A stretch of 64,000 bases of DNA from a bacterium (GTDB taxonomy: Bacteria; Patescibacteriota; Minisyncoccia; Phycocordibacterales; Phycocordibacteraceae), in assembly GCA_037200965.1 (NCBI GenBank), contig JBBCGK010000001.1, positions 32,001 through 96,000 on the forward strand. The letters are read 5' to 3'. Position numbers and translations under genes: made by a program. A model generated the notes under the pieces. The model saw only the letters and a list, made by a program, of their open reading frames with translations. It did not search any database and was not told the DNA's origin. Positions 1 to 10,908 of the stretch are shown piece by piece (the first letter of the stretch is position 1; each line of letters starts with the position of its first letter).

Positions 1-668
1 TGGCTGACCTTGTCGAGGCACTCCTTGACCCACTCGTCTCTCCAGAGGTGATCGCACACCTTCTCGACATATCGCACGAGACGATATACGCGTGGCTATA
101 TCGCACCCGTCCTGATCTGTTGGCTCGTCTGCCGCAGCGAGGAAGGAAGCGCCGCCGATATGGCTCAAAGCGTACGCAGAAACAAGGATGGACCAAGAAC
201 GTGCGTTCCATTGAGGAGCGCACAGAACCTGGCTGGGAGGGCGATACCGTCAAAGGCGCAGGTCGTGAACGCATCCTCACCCACGTGCACCAGAGCTTGT
301 ATCTCGTTGCCGACCTAATCCCGAACGGCACGGCAGATGTCGTGCATGCGGTACTGAAGTCGCATCAGAAAGTCACCGGGACCATCACGTACGACCGCGG
401 GAGCGAGTTCGCACTCTGGCAGTTCATTGAACGTGATACCGATGCCACCGTGTACTTCGCACACGCACACCATCCGTGGGAGCGCGGGAAGAACGAGAAT
501 ACCAATGGCCGCCTGCGGCGACCATTCCCCAAACGGCTGAACCTGGGTACCATATCCAAAGACGACCTTGCGGACGTGGTGGACCTCATGAACCACACGC
601 CGCGGAAGTCTCTCTCCTGGCAGACCTCGTGCGTGCGCTTTGGGAAGGCGTGTTGCGTTTCAGATTAG
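1..668 (+). CDS. IS30-family DDE transposase, C-terminal 206 aa (partial at window edge)
   Basis: ORF 48..668 is identical in protein to the C-terminal part of ORF 43518..44423 (HTH plus DDE integrase-core transposase). The frame is open back to nt 3. Confidence 0.8.
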   Translation, partial: ADLVEALLDPLVSPEVIAHLLDISHETIYAWLYRTRPDLLARLPQRGRKRRRYGSKRTQKQGWTKNVRSIEERTEPGWEGDTVKGAGRERILTHVHQSLYLVADLIPNGTADVVHAVLKSHQKVTGTITYDRGSEFALWQFIERDTDATVYFAHAHHPWERGKNENTNGRLRRPFPKRLNLGTISKDDLADVVDLMNHTPRKSLSWQTSCVRFGKACCVSD

Positions 669-675
669 AATTCAA
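1..675 (+). mobile_element. IS30-family insertion sequence, copy 1 (left part cut off by window start)
   Basis: nt 1-675 are identical to the right-hand ~675 bp of the complete copy at 43426..44430 and end in the same terminal repeat (...GTTGCGTTTCAGATTAGAATTCAAG). Flanking sequence diverges after 675. Confidence 0.8.
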
Positions 676-766
676 GCTGGTATGAGCCTGCTGAATAACC
701 CCTAAACGCCAAAAGGCGTCCGGTATTCTGGTTGTGTTGGCAACCTAATACTGAACGCCTCGTGGT

Positions 767-1621
767 ATGGAAAAGTGTATACCCACATACGCCCGCTTTC
801 AATGGATCAATCATCCTCTGGTACGTACCGTTCTCGCTCCTTTCTTCCCGTACGCCGGTACCGGAAGGCGCGGATACGACAAGGTCACGCTCTTCCTCTG
901 GCTCGCATACAAGCAGCTCCATGGCTGCACGTATCGAGACCTCGAAAGCATGAGCGGCATCGACCAGACCACGTTCGTGAAGTTCAGGGGACGACTCAAG
1001 CAGTCCCGTGGATTTGAACACTTGTTCGGGTGCCTGACGCAGCGCGTGCTTGCGCACCTCCCCGCACTCAACCTCATACTCGACTCCTCTTTCGTCAAGA
1101 CATACTCGGGACACGACGAGGAGGGTTCGGCATATTCCGGACACAAGAAAGCCAACGGGTACAAGACCCACGAAATCATTGATCGGGACACCAGACTTCC
1201 GGTATTTCAAAGCGTCACGCCCGGTGCAGTGGCGGACATCACGGAGGGCAGGCGACTCGTGTCGAGAGCGCCCCCTGATCTTCCGGTCGCTTCGTTTGCC
1301 GCCGACAAGGGATACGACAGCGAGTCGTTCGTCTTTGACCTTGCGCGCAAGTGGAGTATCGAACCGGCGATACCACTCCGACGCATGAAGAAAGACGGCA
1401 ACCGAACGAATTGAACCCTTCGGGGAGCCCGTCGTTCGAGCGATCCTGCCGAATATCGCGCCCGAACCGGCGTCGAGCGACATTTCTCCCGCAAGAAAGG
1501 CGTCTTCAATCTTGGTGAAGAACGCACTCGGCATCTCGAGAATTTTCGAGCCAACGCATACTTCGTATCCGGCCTGCAGATTCTCGAGTGGCTGAGCACA
1601 AATGAAACCGTACCGGCCTAG
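767..1621 (+). pseudogene. IS5/IS4-like DDE transposase, frameshifted
   Basis: ORF 767..1414 has a transposase DDE-domain-like sequence (DSSFVKTY...GYKTHEIID...DKGYDS). The typical IS5 C-terminal tail (ERHFSRKKGVFNLGEERTRHLENFRANAYFVSGLQILEWL) continues in another frame to the TAG at 1619-1621. Confidence 0.5.
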
Positions 1622-1652
1622 CGGCTGTATGGGAGGGTTTTTCAGCGGGCTC

Positions 1653-1661
1653 TGGTATAAT
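1653..1661 (+). promoter_or_regulatory. extended -10 promoter element TGgTATAAT upstream of uvrB
   Basis: CTGGTATAAT at 1652-1661, about 75 nt upstream of the uvrB start. The same motif recurs at 46750-46758. Confidence 0.4.
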
Positions 1662-1736
1662 GTCCAACTCCAATCCCCCTAAGGGAAAAGTGTATCGCGC
1701 CTACGTAATAAACGTGAAATTTGGTAAAATGGAAGA

Positions 1737-3797
1737 ATGACGTTTAAGCTTCACTCCCCGTTTCTTCCCGCGGGCGACCAGCCAAAGGCCATCGAGGCGC
1801 TCACCAAGGGCGTCGAGGAGGGGCTGCGCCATCAGACGCTTCTCGGCGTCACCGGCTCCGGAAAGACATTTACGGTCGCGAACGTGATAAGCAGGATAGG
1901 GAAGCCGACCTTAGTGATGGCGCACAACAAGACGCTCGCTGCGCAGCTCGCCCAGGAGTACCGGGAATTCTTCCCGGAGAACGCGGTCCACTACTTCGTC
2001 TCCTACTATGACTATTACCAGCCCGAAGCCTATATCGCGCACTCGGATACCTATATCGAGAAGGAGGCGCAGATAAACGCGGAGATTGACCGGCTTCGCC
2101 ATGCGGCGACCCAGGCCCTCCTTACAAGAAAGGACGTGATCATCGTCGCTTCCGTCTCCGCTATCTACGGCCTCGGCTCTCCCGAAAACTATGAGAAGGT
2201 GCATGTGAAGCTCCAGAAGGGCGCACCGGAGAACCGCTCCGCGCTCATACGGAAGCTCGTCGGCATCTATTTCGAGCGGACGAACGCCGATCTGCTTCCC
2301 GGGCAGCTCCGGGCCGTCGGAAACGCGGTCGAGTTCATGCCGGTCAACGAGCGCGCGATATACCGGATCACGTTCGACGGCGAAAACACCGGGCATATCG
2401 AGCTTCTCGATCCCGTTTCGCGCGCGAAGACCGGAGAGCCCGATTCCGTGTTCGTCTTCCCTGCCAAGCACTTCGTGACGGACGAGGCGGAGCGTAACCG
2501 GGCAGCGGAAGATATCAGGCTCGAACTTGAGGAACGCCTCGCGCAGCTTAAAAGAGAAGAAAAGCCGCTTGAAGCCGAGCGCCTCAAGCGCCGGACGCTC
2601 CACGATCTCGCGCTTATCCGCGAGATGGGATATACGAGCGGCATCGAGAACTATTCGCGGCATTTTGACGGGCGGGCTCCCGGGGAGCCGCCGCACACGC
2701 TCCTTTCATACTTCCCGCACAAGTCGGACGGCTCTCCCGACTTCCTTACGGTCGTCGATGAGTCGCATGTGACGCTTTCCCAGATCGGCGGCATGTATGC
2801 GGGCGATAAATCCCGCAAAGATACGCTTATCGAGTTCGGCTTCCGGCTTCCTTCCGCACGCGACAACCGTCCGCTCCGGTTCGAGGAGTTCGAGGAGCGT
2901 ACGGGACAGATGATCTATACGTCCGCGACGCCGGGGAAATACGAGCAGGAGCATTCGGTCGCGCCTCTTGGCCAGGTGGTCGAGCAGATCATCCGCCCGA
3001 CGGGCCTTGTCGATCCCGAGCTCATCGTCCGTCCGGTCGTCGAAGGCGAAGGGTACAAGGGCCAGATAGCAGATTTCATCGACGAGTCGGAAAAGGTGAT
3101 CAGGGGAGGCGGGCGCGTGCTCGCGACGACCCTTACCAAGCAGATGGCGGAAGACCTCTCGGCGTTTCTTCGCGAGCGCGGCGTGAAGGCCGAATATCTC
3201 CACTCGGACATAAAGACGATCGACCGCATCACCATCCTCACCGAATTCCGCCAGGGAAAGTTCGATATCCTGGTCGGTGTGAACCTGCTTCGCGAGGGTC
3301 TCGACCTGCCGGAAGTGGAGCTGGTCGGCATCCTTGACGCAGACAAGGAAGGGTTTTTGCGCTCCGAAGTTTCCCTTATACAAACCATCGGGCGCGCGGC
3401 GCGAAACATCCTCGGCCGCGTGATTCTCTATGCGGACGTGATGACCGGCTCGCTTACGCGCGCCATAGGCGAGACGAACCGGCGGCGCGCCATCCAGCTT
3501 GCGTACAACGAAAAGCACGGCATCACGCCGCTTTCAATCAAAAAGGAAATCAGGGACATCGCGGAAAGCATGCGGAGCGAGCACCAGAAGACCGTCGATT
3601 CGCTCCTTACGCTCGATGCCCGGCTTTATAAGGAGGATCCGGAGGGATTCATCAAGGAGAAGCGCAGGCAGATGGCCGACGCGGTCGAGGCGCTTGATTT
3701 CGAGACGGCCGCGATCATCCGCGACGAGATTTACACGCTTGAGGGAGTCGAGAATCCCAACAAAGCGAAACCGAACCGCAGGAGGAGGCGCGGATAG
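1737..3797 (+). CDS. uvrB: excinuclease ABC subunit B
   Basis: 686 aa. Walker A GVTGSGKT, helicase motifs and a C-terminal UvrB/UvrC interaction region (DFETAAIIRDEI). Confidence 0.95.
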   Translation: MTFKLHSPFLPAGDQPKAIEALTKGVEEGLRHQTLLGVTGSGKTFTVANVISRIGKPTLVMAHNKTLAAQLAQEYREFFPENAVHYFVSYYDYYQPEAYIAHSDTYIEKEAQINAEIDRLRHAATQALLTRKDVIIVASVSAIYGLGSPENYEKVHVKLQKGAPENRSALIRKLVGIYFERTNADLLPGQLRAVGNAVEFMPVNERAIYRITFDGENTGHIELLDPVSRAKTGEPDSVFVFPAKHFVTDEAERNRAAEDIRLELEERLAQLKREEKPLEAERLKRRTLHDLALIREMGYTSGIENYSRHFDGRAPGEPPHTLLSYFPHKSDGSPDFLTVVDESHVTLSQIGGMYAGDKSRKDTLIEFGFRLPSARDNRPLRFEEFEERTGQMIYTSATPGKYEQEHSVAPLGQVVEQIIRPTGLVDPELIVRPVVEGEGYKGQIADFIDESEKVIRGGGRVLATTLTKQMAEDLSAFLRERGVKAEYLHSDIKTIDRITILTEFRQGKFDILVGVNLLREGLDLPEVELVGILDADKEGFLRSEVSLIQTIGRAARNILGRVILYADVMTGSLTRAIGETNRRRAIQLAYNEKHGITPLSIKKEIRDIAESMRSEHQKTVDSLLTLDARLYKEDPEGFIKEKRRQMADAVEALDFETAAIIRDEIYTLEGVENPNKAKPNRRRRRG

Positions 3798-3813
3798 ATG
3801 CTAGTATTACCGC

Positions 3814-4884
3814 ATGAGCCTTCGTTCGCTCCTGGCGTGCGTATTCGTCTTTCTCGTTGCCGCAGGCGCGGGCCTGCTCTGGTTTTTTAACGCCTCGGTG
3901 CTCGCGCAGCTTCCGGACCCCGTTACCCGCGACTTCGTTCTCGTCGCGGCCGCACTGTTCCTCAGTGCCTTCCTGGTCGTTATCGCGCTTGCCCTCTGGT
4001 TTATCGCCGGACGGCTCGCCCGCCCGCTTCGCCACCTTGCCCATGCGCTTGACGTGTTCGCCGAGCGCGGGGAGCGCGCGCCGCTCACGTCTTCCTCGAT
4101 GAGCCCGCGGGAAGTAAGGGTGCTCGAGCATTCTTTTACCGACCTCGCGGACAAGGTCGAGGCGGCGCACGCGCGCGATGCGCAGGTCTCGCGGGTCAAG
4201 TCCGATTTCATCACGACTGCCGCGCATCAGCTCCGTACCCCGCTCACGGGCATCCGCTGGGCGCTCGAGGCGCTCCAGCAGACGAGCCTCGGCGGGGACC
4301 AAAAGCAGCTTGTCGAGAACGCAACCACCAAGAGCAAGGAGCTTGTCGCCATCGTGAAGACCCTGCTTGACATCTCGTCGATCGAGTCCGGCAAATATAA
4401 CTACAAGGTCGAACGGGTTGATCTCGCGGCCCTCGTCGACGAAGTGGTGCGGGATTTCGCGCAGCTTTCCCTGGAGAAGAAGGTGCCGCTCCTGTATGAA
4501 GGGAGCGGGGAACAGGTGCCCCCGGTCGTCGCCGACCGCGAGCGCATCAAATGGGTCCTTACGAACCTCGTCGAGAATGCGATCCGCTACACTCCCGAAG
4601 GAGGAAGCGTGCGGCTCTTAACCGACGAGGTCCCGGGCCTCGTCCGCATTCTCGTGCGCGATACCGGCATCGGCATTCTTCCAAAGGACCGGGAGAATAT
4701 TTTCGAGCGGTTCTTCAGGGGCGGAAACGCGCTTGCCAAGGAAAACGAGGGCAACGGTCTCGGGCTCTATATCGCGCGCACCATCGCGACCGACCACGGC
4801 GGCGACCTCGCGTTTGAGGAGAACAAGGACGGGCCCGGCACCACCTTTATCTTCTCGCTTCCGATTGCGGAGGCTTCTTCATAG
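3814..4884 (+). CDS. sensor histidine kinase (TM, HisKA, HATPase_c)
   Basis: Two N-terminal TM helices, an H-box (TAAHQLRTPLTGIRW) and N/G boxes (NLVENAIRYT, DTGIGI, GNGLGL). Confidence 0.85.
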   Translation: MSLRSLLACVFVFLVAAGAGLLWFFNASVLAQLPDPVTRDFVLVAAALFLSAFLVVIALALWFIAGRLARPLRHLAHALDVFAERGERAPLTSSSMSPREVRVLEHSFTDLADKVEAAHARDAQVSRVKSDFITTAAHQLRTPLTGIRWALEALQQTSLGGDQKQLVENATTKSKELVAIVKTLLDISSIESGKYNYKVERVDLAALVDEVVRDFAQLSLEKKVPLLYEGSGEQVPPVVADRERIKWVLTNLVENAIRYTPEGGSVRLLTDEVPGLVRILVRDTGIGILPKDRENIFERFFRGGNALAKENEGNGLGLYIARTIATDHGGDLAFEENKDGPGTTFIFSLPIAEASS

Positions 4885-4899
4885 GCTATACTGAACGTT

Positions 4900-5277
4900 A
4901 TGGCAGATACCAAGCTCGTGCTCGTCGTCGAAGACGACCCGATCCTCAAGAACCTCCTGGGGCATACCTTCGCGGGCAAATACCAGACGCTCTATGCCTC
5001 CGACGGCAACGAAGCGCTTTCGCTTCTCGCAGAGTACAAGCCTTCGCTCATTCTCCTCGATCTTCTCCTTCCCACCATGGGCGGCTTCGAAGTGCTTGAG
5101 AAAATCCGCGCACGGACCGACGAGCTTAAAGGGACCCCGGTTATCGTCGTTTCGAACCTCGGGCAGGAAAAGGACAAGGAGCGGGCCAGGGAACTCGGTG
5201 CGAACGATTATCTCGTAAAGGCGGAGGTGTCGGTCGAAGAGATCATAGGGAAGGTCGAGGGAGTGCTGGGGAAGTAA
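4900..5277 (+). CDS. response regulator, receiver domain only (CheY-like)
   Basis: 125 aa with DD...D...K receiver motifs (VVEDDP, LLDLLLP, VIVVSNL...K). It lies 16 nt downstream of the kinase. Confidence 0.85.
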   Translation: MADTKLVLVVEDDPILKNLLGHTFAGKYQTLYASDGNEALSLLAEYKPSLILLDLLLPTMGGFEVLEKIRARTDELKGTPVIVVSNLGQEKDKERARELGANDYLVKAEVSVEEIIGKVEGVLGK

Positions 5278-5385
5278 ATTTCAAACGCACGACAGGGTGG
5301 GGTACTTGACAACGAATCAAGTCCGTTTATAGTCTGCGCAGGCCACAGCATGTATCGCGCCCCAGGCAAAGAAAGGAGCTCTCCC

Positions 5386-5517
5386 ATGAGTCATGACCGG
5401 ATTATCGCACTCTTGGCTATATTTATCTCGGTCGTGAGTATAGCACTCACGTGCTATACCGCCGTGTACGAGTACTGCAGCGAGAATTCCTGTCCATGGA
5501 ATCTGCAGCACAAGTAA
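5386..5517 (+). CDS. small hydrophobic protein (43 aa), hypothetical
   Basis: ATG preceded by AAAGGAG. The protein [43 protein letters not shown] has one TM helix. It is followed by a terminator. Confidence 0.3.
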   Translation: MSHDRIIALLAIFISVVSIALTCYTAVYEYCSENSCPWNLQHK

Positions 5518-5562
5518 ATACAGCCCAGTCTGCTTTTCTGACTTCACTGCAGACGAGAGAAA

Positions 5563-5590
5563 GGTCCGCCTCATCAGCGGACCTTTTATG
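5563..5590 (+). terminator. rho-independent terminator
   Basis: GGTCCGC-CTCATCA-GCGGACC followed by TTTT. Confidence 0.5.
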
Positions 5591-5635
5591 CTATACTGAT
5601 CCCGTACCTGCCCCGCCTCGGGCGGGGACTCACCT

Positions 5636-8320
5636 ATGGCCACCAACCCAAAAAAGAAGCACGCGCAATTCGAAGGAGCTGACAAGCTCGTGGTGAAAGG
5701 CGCACGCACGCATAACCTCAAGGACATCGACGTGACGATGCCGCGCGGTGCGATGACGGTTATCACGGGCCTCTCGGGCTCCGGAAAGTCCTCGCTCGCT
5801 TTCGATACAATTTTCGCCGAAGGGCAGCGCCGCTATGTGGAAAGCCTTTCCGCCTATGCCCGCCAATTCCTCAACCAGATGCAGAAGCCGGACGTGGACG
5901 AGATAACCGGCCTCTCGCCCGCCATCTCCATAGACCAGAAGAGCCGTTCCAATAACCCGCGTTCGACGGTCGCGACCGTGACCGAAATATACGACTACCT
6001 GCGCGTCCTCTATGCCCGCGCGGGGCAGCCGTACTGCATCCATCACGACGTACCTATCTCGAAGCTTTCCAAGGAGGAGATGATCAAACTTATCCTTTCC
6101 CGCGCCGAAGCGCGCTCGGGATCCGCAAAAGAGGGCAAAGGAAGCGAAGTGCTCGGGGTCGCGGTTGATAAGCGGGCGATCACGATCTATGCGCCCGTCG
6201 TCGTCGGCCGCAAGGGCGAATACTATCAGCTCCTCTACGATCTTCTCGGGAAGGGATACGAGAAGGCGGTGATCGACGGCAAGACGCATTCGCTCCGGGA
6301 AAAGGTGGTGCTCGACCGCAATAAGCGCCACGACGTCGATGCGCTCGTCGACAGCATCTTCCTTACGGAGTTCATGCGAAACGGGACGGCAGCCCGCGAG
6401 CGCCTCTCCGAGGCCCTCGAGCTCGCGCTTAAGGAGAGCGACGGGCTCGTGAAGATAAAACATGCGGACGGGACGATAGAGACGCTTTCCTCGAAGTTCA
6501 TCTGTCCCGAGGACGGCGCGTCCTTCCCCGAGGTCGAGCCGCGCCTCTTCTCGTTCAACAGCCCGTATGGCGCATGTCCGAATTGTAACGGGCTGGGTAC
6601 GGCCTCGCTCTTCTCCGAAGAGCTTTGTCCGGTCTGCGAAGGGAAGCGGCTTCGTCCCGAAGCGCTTCGCGTCTATCTCTCGGGCAGGAAGAATCCGAAG
6701 ATAAACAACGGGCTCGGCATGAATGTCGTCGACTTCACGAACTTTTCGATACGCGAAGCCAAGGAATTCATGGACCACCTCGAGCTTTCCGAGATGCGCA
6801 TGGAGATCGCGCGGCCAATTATCCGCGAGATCACGAGCCGCCTCGAATTCATGTTGAACGTGGGGCTCGACTACCTTACTTTGAACCGCTCCGCGGCAAC
6901 GCTCTCGGGAGGGGAGGCCCAGCGCATCCGCCTGGCTTCCCAGCTTGGTACGGGGCTCGTGGGCGCGCTTTACGTGCTTGACGAACCCACCATCGGCCTT
7001 CACCAGCGAGATAACGACCGGCTTATTTCGACTCTGATATCGCTCAAGGAGCTCGGCAACACCATTCTTGTGGTCGAGCACGACGAAGATACGATCTTCG
7101 CTGCCGACTATATCGTCGATATCGGCCCGGGCGCCGGAGTCCATGGAGGCGACGTGGTCGTCTCCGGCTGGCTCGAGGACCTGCTTACGGCCAAGGACAA
7201 CCCGAGCGGTTCCCTGACCCTCGCCTATCTTCGCGGGGAGAAGGAGGTCGCCGTGCCCGAGGAGCGCCGCACGTCGGAGAAAGGCAAGCTCCAGATACGC
7301 GGGGCGACGCTCCATAATCTCGTGAACCAGAACGTGGACATCCCGCTCGGGAAGCTCGTCTGCATCACGGGAGTGTCCGGTTCCGGAAAGTCGACCTTCC
7401 TGTACGACATCCTTCATAAGAATCTTGCAGCGCGGCAGGCAAAGCGCGAAGCGAAGCTTTCGCATATTTCCTCGATGGCCGGAACCGAATATGTCGGCCG
7501 CACGGTTTTGATCGACCAGTCGCCGATCGGCCGGACGCCAAGAAGCAATCCGGCCACCTATACCGGCGCCTTCACCCATATCCGCGACCTCTTCTCGGCG
7601 ACCTCGGAAGCGAGGGCCAGGGGCTGGAAGCCCGGCCGCTTCTCTTTTAACGTCGCGGGCGGGCGCTGCGAGGCCTGCCAGGGGAACGGCATGATCGCGG
7701 TCGAGATGCACTTCCTTCCTACCGTATACGTCGTCTGCGACGTGTGCGAAGGGAAGCGCTTTATGAAAGAGACGCTTGAAGTGACATTCCGGGGAAAGAA
7801 TATCTACGAAGTCCTCCAGCTCACGGTCGAAGAAGCCGAAAAGTTCTTTAACGATATCCCCGCTATCGCCGACCGACTCGCTTCGCTCAATTCGACGGGG
7901 CTCGAATATCTCACGCTCGGCCAAAGCGCGACCACGCTCTCGGGGGGAGAAGCCCAGCGCGTGAAGATCGCCTCCGAGCTCTACCGGCCGATCACGATGA
8001 AGACCATCTATCTTCTCGACGAGCCCACCGTCGGCCTCCACTATGAAGACGTTCGCAAACTGATTGAAATACTCCAGGAACTCGTCCGGAGGGGGAATAC
8101 GGTGGTCGTGATCGAGCACAATCTCGATGTCATAAAATCCGCAGATTACATCATCGACTTCGGGCCGGAAGGAGGGACGGGAGGGGGGAAAGTGGTGGCG
8201 AAGGGGACGCCGGAGGAAGTCGCGGAGGCGAAGGGCTCGCATACCGGGCACTATCTTGCGAGGCTTCTGGAGAGGCATAGGAAGCAAAAGAAGAAAGACC
8301 AGGGTTCATTCCTAGTCTAA
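5636..8320 (+). CDS. uvrA: excinuclease ABC subunit A
   Basis: 894 aa. Two ABC ATPase modules ([10 protein letters not shown] and GVSGSGKST), zinc-finger Cys clusters and LSGGEAQR signatures. Confidence 0.95.
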   Translation: MATNPKKKHAQFEGADKLVVKGARTHNLKDIDVTMPRGAMTVITGLSGSGKSSLAFDTIFAEGQRRYVESLSAYARQFLNQMQKPDVDEITGLSPAISIDQKSRSNNPRSTVATVTEIYDYLRVLYARAGQPYCIHHDVPISKLSKEEMIKLILSRAEARSGSAKEGKGSEVLGVAVDKRAITIYAPVVVGRKGEYYQLLYDLLGKGYEKAVIDGKTHSLREKVVLDRNKRHDVDALVDSIFLTEFMRNGTAARERLSEALELALKESDGLVKIKHADGTIETLSSKFICPEDGASFPEVEPRLFSFNSPYGACPNCNGLGTASLFSEELCPVCEGKRLRPEALRVYLSGRKNPKINNGLGMNVVDFTNFSIREAKEFMDHLELSEMRMEIARPIIREITSRLEFMLNVGLDYLTLNRSAATLSGGEAQRIRLASQLGTGLVGALYVLDEPTIGLHQRDNDRLISTLISLKELGNTILVVEHDEDTIFAADYIVDIGPGAGVHGGDVVVSGWLEDLLTAKDNPSGSLTLAYLRGEKEVAVPEERRTSEKGKLQIRGATLHNLVNQNVDIPLGKLVCITGVSGSGKSTFLYDILHKNLAARQAKREAKLSHISSMAGTEYVGRTVLIDQSPIGRTPRSNPATYTGAFTHIRDLFSATSEARARGWKPGRFSFNVAGGRCEACQGNGMIAVEMHFLPTVYVVCDVCEGKRFMKETLEVTFRGKNIYEVLQLTVEEAEKFFNDIPAIADRLASLNSTGLEYLTLGQSATTLSGGEAQRVKIASELYRPITMKTIYLLDEPTVGLHYEDVRKLIEILQELVRRGNTVVVIEHNLDVIKSADYIIDFGPEGGTGGGKVVAKGTPEEVAEAKGSHTGHYLARLLERHRKQKKKDQGSFLV

Positions 8321-8330
8321 TGAAAACTAA

Positions 8331-8374
8331 CGGGCGGGGAGGAAGCGTCTGCTTCCTCCCCGTTACCTTTATTT
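8331..8374. terminator. bidirectional rho-independent terminator
   Basis: GGGCGGGGAGGAAGC-GTCT-GCTTCCTCCCCG followed by TTACCTTTATTT. It sits between uvrA and a convergent small ORF. Confidence 0.6.
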
Positions 8375-8524
8375 GAAGGGGCCGTACAGAATGACGTATC
8401 CCAGGCTAAGCAGCCCGAGTATAGTGATAATAGGAGGCGCGAAGATAAGCGTAGCTCCAAATCTTGCACGCTCCTTCTTGTGGCGTAGATCCCTCTCCCT
8501 CTCAGGAGTTACTCCTGGTTTCAT
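8368..8524 (-). CDS. small membrane protein (52 aa), hypothetical
   Basis: Minus-strand ORF MKPGVTPERERDLRHKKERARFGATLIFAPPIITILGLLSLGYVILYGPFK with one TM helix. It ends at the shared terminator. Weak RBS. Confidence 0.25.
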
Positions 8525-8615
8525 GGCACTATCCGGCGTTACCGCCGGCTCCCTATTTCACCCGACGCTTTCGGGCTCCGAAATTTATATACTATAGTAT
8601 GATACAATAGTCAAT

Positions 8616-9875
8616 ATGCAGCGCGAAGACCTGAAAAAATACGAGCTTCCCGACGTCCCCGGCGTCTATCTCTTCACCCGCGGCAAGGGCAGGTCGAAGA
8701 AGATACTCTATGTCGGCAAGGCCTCGTCGCTACGCGACCGCGTACGCTCCTATTTCGACGACGACCTGATCGCGACCAGAGGCCCCAAGCTCGTCGATAT
8801 GATTACGAGGGCCGACGGGCTCATGCACGAACCCACCCCCACGGTTCTCGAGGCGCTCGTCCGCGAGGCTGCCCTCATCCGCCACTATGATCCGCCCGCG
8901 AACACCGAAGGCAAGGACGGCAAGTCCTTCCTCTATGCCGTCATCACGGACGAGGAAACTCCCCGCGTGCTTGCGGTCCGCGGGAAGGATATCGACTTCG
9001 AAAAGCTTGTCGCGAACGGCCAGAAGCTCCGCGAGGCATACGGCCCGTTCCCATCGGGAGCACAACTTCGGGAAGCGCTCCGGCTCATCGGCCGCATCTT
9101 CCCGTTTTTCGATACCGAGCGGCCTGTTACCAGCACGGGGAAGCAGACAAGGGCGAATATCGAATTCAATACGCAGATCGGGCGCTATCCGCGCGGCATG
9201 GACCGCGCGAGCTATCTGCGCTCCATCAGGAACGTCTGCCTCTTCCTTTCGGGACGCGTGAAAACACTCAAGAAGACGCTTGAGAAGGATATGCGGCAGG
9301 CGGCGAAAGAAGAGCGGTTCGAAGATGCGGCCGTGATGCGCGGCCAGCTCTACGCGATCGATCATGTGCAGGATGTCTCGCTCATAAAGCCCGGGACCGA
9401 ATGGGTGCCGGGAACGACGAAAGCGGTCGATTCGGGACCGCGCATCGAAGCGTACGATACGGCGCATATCTCGGGGACGAACGCGATCGGCGTCCTTGTC
9501 GCGGTCGAGGGGGGTCTTCCGATAAAGAAGGACTATCGCACCTTCAAGATACGCACGGCGCGAAACGACGATATCGCCTCGCTTAAGGAAGTGCTCGGAA
9601 GGAGGCTCGGGCACCCCGAGTGGCCGCTTCCGCGGGCGATCGTGGTTGACGGCGGAAAGACGCACAAGAAAGCGGCGGAGGAGCTTTTAAAGGAAGTCGG
9701 AGTCATGATTCCGGTCGTGGCAGTGGTGAAGGACGAGAAGCACCGTCCGCGGGAGGTGCTCGGGGCGCTTCGCGCGGGCATTTCGGAAGCCGATGCGGTG
9801 CTTGCGAATTCCGAAGCGCACCGCTTTTCGCTCAACCGGCACCGGAGAGCGCGTTCCGCCGCGATGCGGAGATAG
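8616..9875 (+). CDS. uvrC: excinuclease ABC subunit C (short form)
   Basis: 419 aa. N-terminal GIY-YIG (GVYLF...ILYVGKA), UvrBC-binding region and endonuclease V-like domain. Confidence 0.85.
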   Translation: MQREDLKKYELPDVPGVYLFTRGKGRSKKILYVGKASSLRDRVRSYFDDDLIATRGPKLVDMITRADGLMHEPTPTVLEALVREAALIRHYDPPANTEGKDGKSFLYAVITDEETPRVLAVRGKDIDFEKLVANGQKLREAYGPFPSGAQLREALRLIGRIFPFFDTERPVTSTGKQTRANIEFNTQIGRYPRGMDRASYLRSIRNVCLFLSGRVKTLKKTLEKDMRQAAKEERFEDAAVMRGQLYAIDHVQDVSLIKPGTEWVPGTTKAVDSGPRIEAYDTAHISGTNAIGVLVAVEGGLPIKKDYRTFKIRTARNDDIASLKEVLGRRLGHPEWPLPRAIVVDGGKTHKKAAEELLKEVGVMIPVVAVVKDEKHRPREVLGALRAGISEADAVLANSEAHRFSLNRHRRARSAAMRR

Positions 9876-9919
9876 CCCTCGCATCTTTTTGCGGCCCGCA
9901 GCTGCTATACTTTCCCCAT

Positions 9920-10888
9920 ATGCAAGGCACAGTCGTCGGAGTGCTCCGGGGAGGGCCATCAAGGGAGCATCACGTATCCCTTCGCACGGGGCACACGCTC
10001 CTTTCGAGCCTTCCTTCCGCCCGCTTTTCGGTACGCGATATCTATATCGATGTGAAGGGAGTGTGGCATGAACGAGGACGGGCCATTTCTCCCGCGGACG
10101 CGCTTCGTACGCTCGATGTTGCGCTCATAGGGCTCCACGGCGAATACGGAGAGGACGGGGAAGTGCAGCGGCTTCTCGAGCGCGCGGGCGTCCCGTATAC
10201 GGGCTCCGACGCGCTTTCTTCATTCACGGCCATGCACAAGGCGCTTTCCAAGGAGCGCGCGAAAGACATGGGGCTGCGCACTCCCGACTATCGCTATATC
10301 GAGCGGATGGAAGATATCGAGCCTATGGCGAAGGATGCCGTGCGCACGTTCATGCAGCCGGTCGTCATAAAGCCGGTGCGGTGGGGTTCGTCGATCGGCG
10401 TTTCCCTCGCGAGCGGGTATCAGGAGATTCATACGGCCGCGTCCGAGCTCTTCGGTCTCGGGGCCGACGGCGTGCTTATCGAGGAATACATCCGCGGAAC
10501 CGAAGCGACCGCGGGCGTTCTCGAAGGGCTTCGGGGCGAGCCGCTCTATGCGCTTCCTCCGGTCGAGGTCGTTCTCCCGCGCCCCGAAAGGCTCTTTTCG
10601 TTCAATACGAAATACTCCGGGGCGGCGCAGGAAACGGTTCCGGCGCGCTTCTCCAAAGCGGTTAGGGACGCGCTCGGGGACGCGGCCCGCACGGCGCACC
10701 GGGCGCTCGGGCTCCGGCATTATTCCCGCTCCGATTTCATCGTTACGCCCCGCAACATCTACTACCTCGAGACCAATTCGCTTCCCGCGATAGCGGAGGA
10801 ATCGCTCTTCGCGAAGTCGCTCAAGGCGGTCGGGGTTTCGCTTTCGGAGTTCGCGTCGCACCTGGTCGGGCTTGCTCTGAAGCGTTAG
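9920..10888 (+). CDS. ddl: D-alanine--D-alanine ligase
   Basis: 322 aa ATP-grasp protein (ALIGLHGEYGEDGEVQ, KPVRWGSSIGVS...EEYIRGTE). Confidence 0.85.
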   Translation: MQGTVVGVLRGGPSREHHVSLRTGHTLLSSLPSARFSVRDIYIDVKGVWHERGRAISPADALRTLDVALIGLHGEYGEDGEVQRLLERAGVPYTGSDALSSFTAMHKALSKERAKDMGLRTPDYRYIERMEDIEPMAKDAVRTFMQPVVIKPVRWGSSIGVSLASGYQEIHTAASELFGLGADGVLIEEYIRGTEATAGVLEGLRGEPLYALPPVEVVLPRPERLFSFNTKYSGAAQETVPARFSKAVRDALGDAARTAHRALGLRHYSRSDFIVTPRNIYYLETNSLPAIAEESLFAKSLKAVGVSLSEFASHLVGLALKR

Positions 10889-10908
10889 AAACGGTACAGT
10901 CTTTCGAC

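Noticed and set aside
5317-5766. 149-aa minus-strand ORF between the response regulator and uvrA
   Set aside because: Overlaps the uvrA start and a plus-strand terminator. Composition is not coding-like.
5630-8287. 885-aa ORF on the minus strand
   Set aside because: Fully antisense to uvrA, whose protein has unmistakable motifs. Long antisense ORFs are expected in high-GC DNA. The same applies to 36424..38175 (antisense to atpA), 48060..49115 (antisense to leuS), 34458..35381 and 34574..35371 (antisense to atpB), 19458..20396 (antisense to res) and 58073..58888 (antisense to ung).
8373-8597. 74-aa plus-strand ORF after uvrA
   Set aside because: Lies downstream of a strong terminator with no RBS. 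The opposite-strand small membrane ORF fits better but is itself low confidence.
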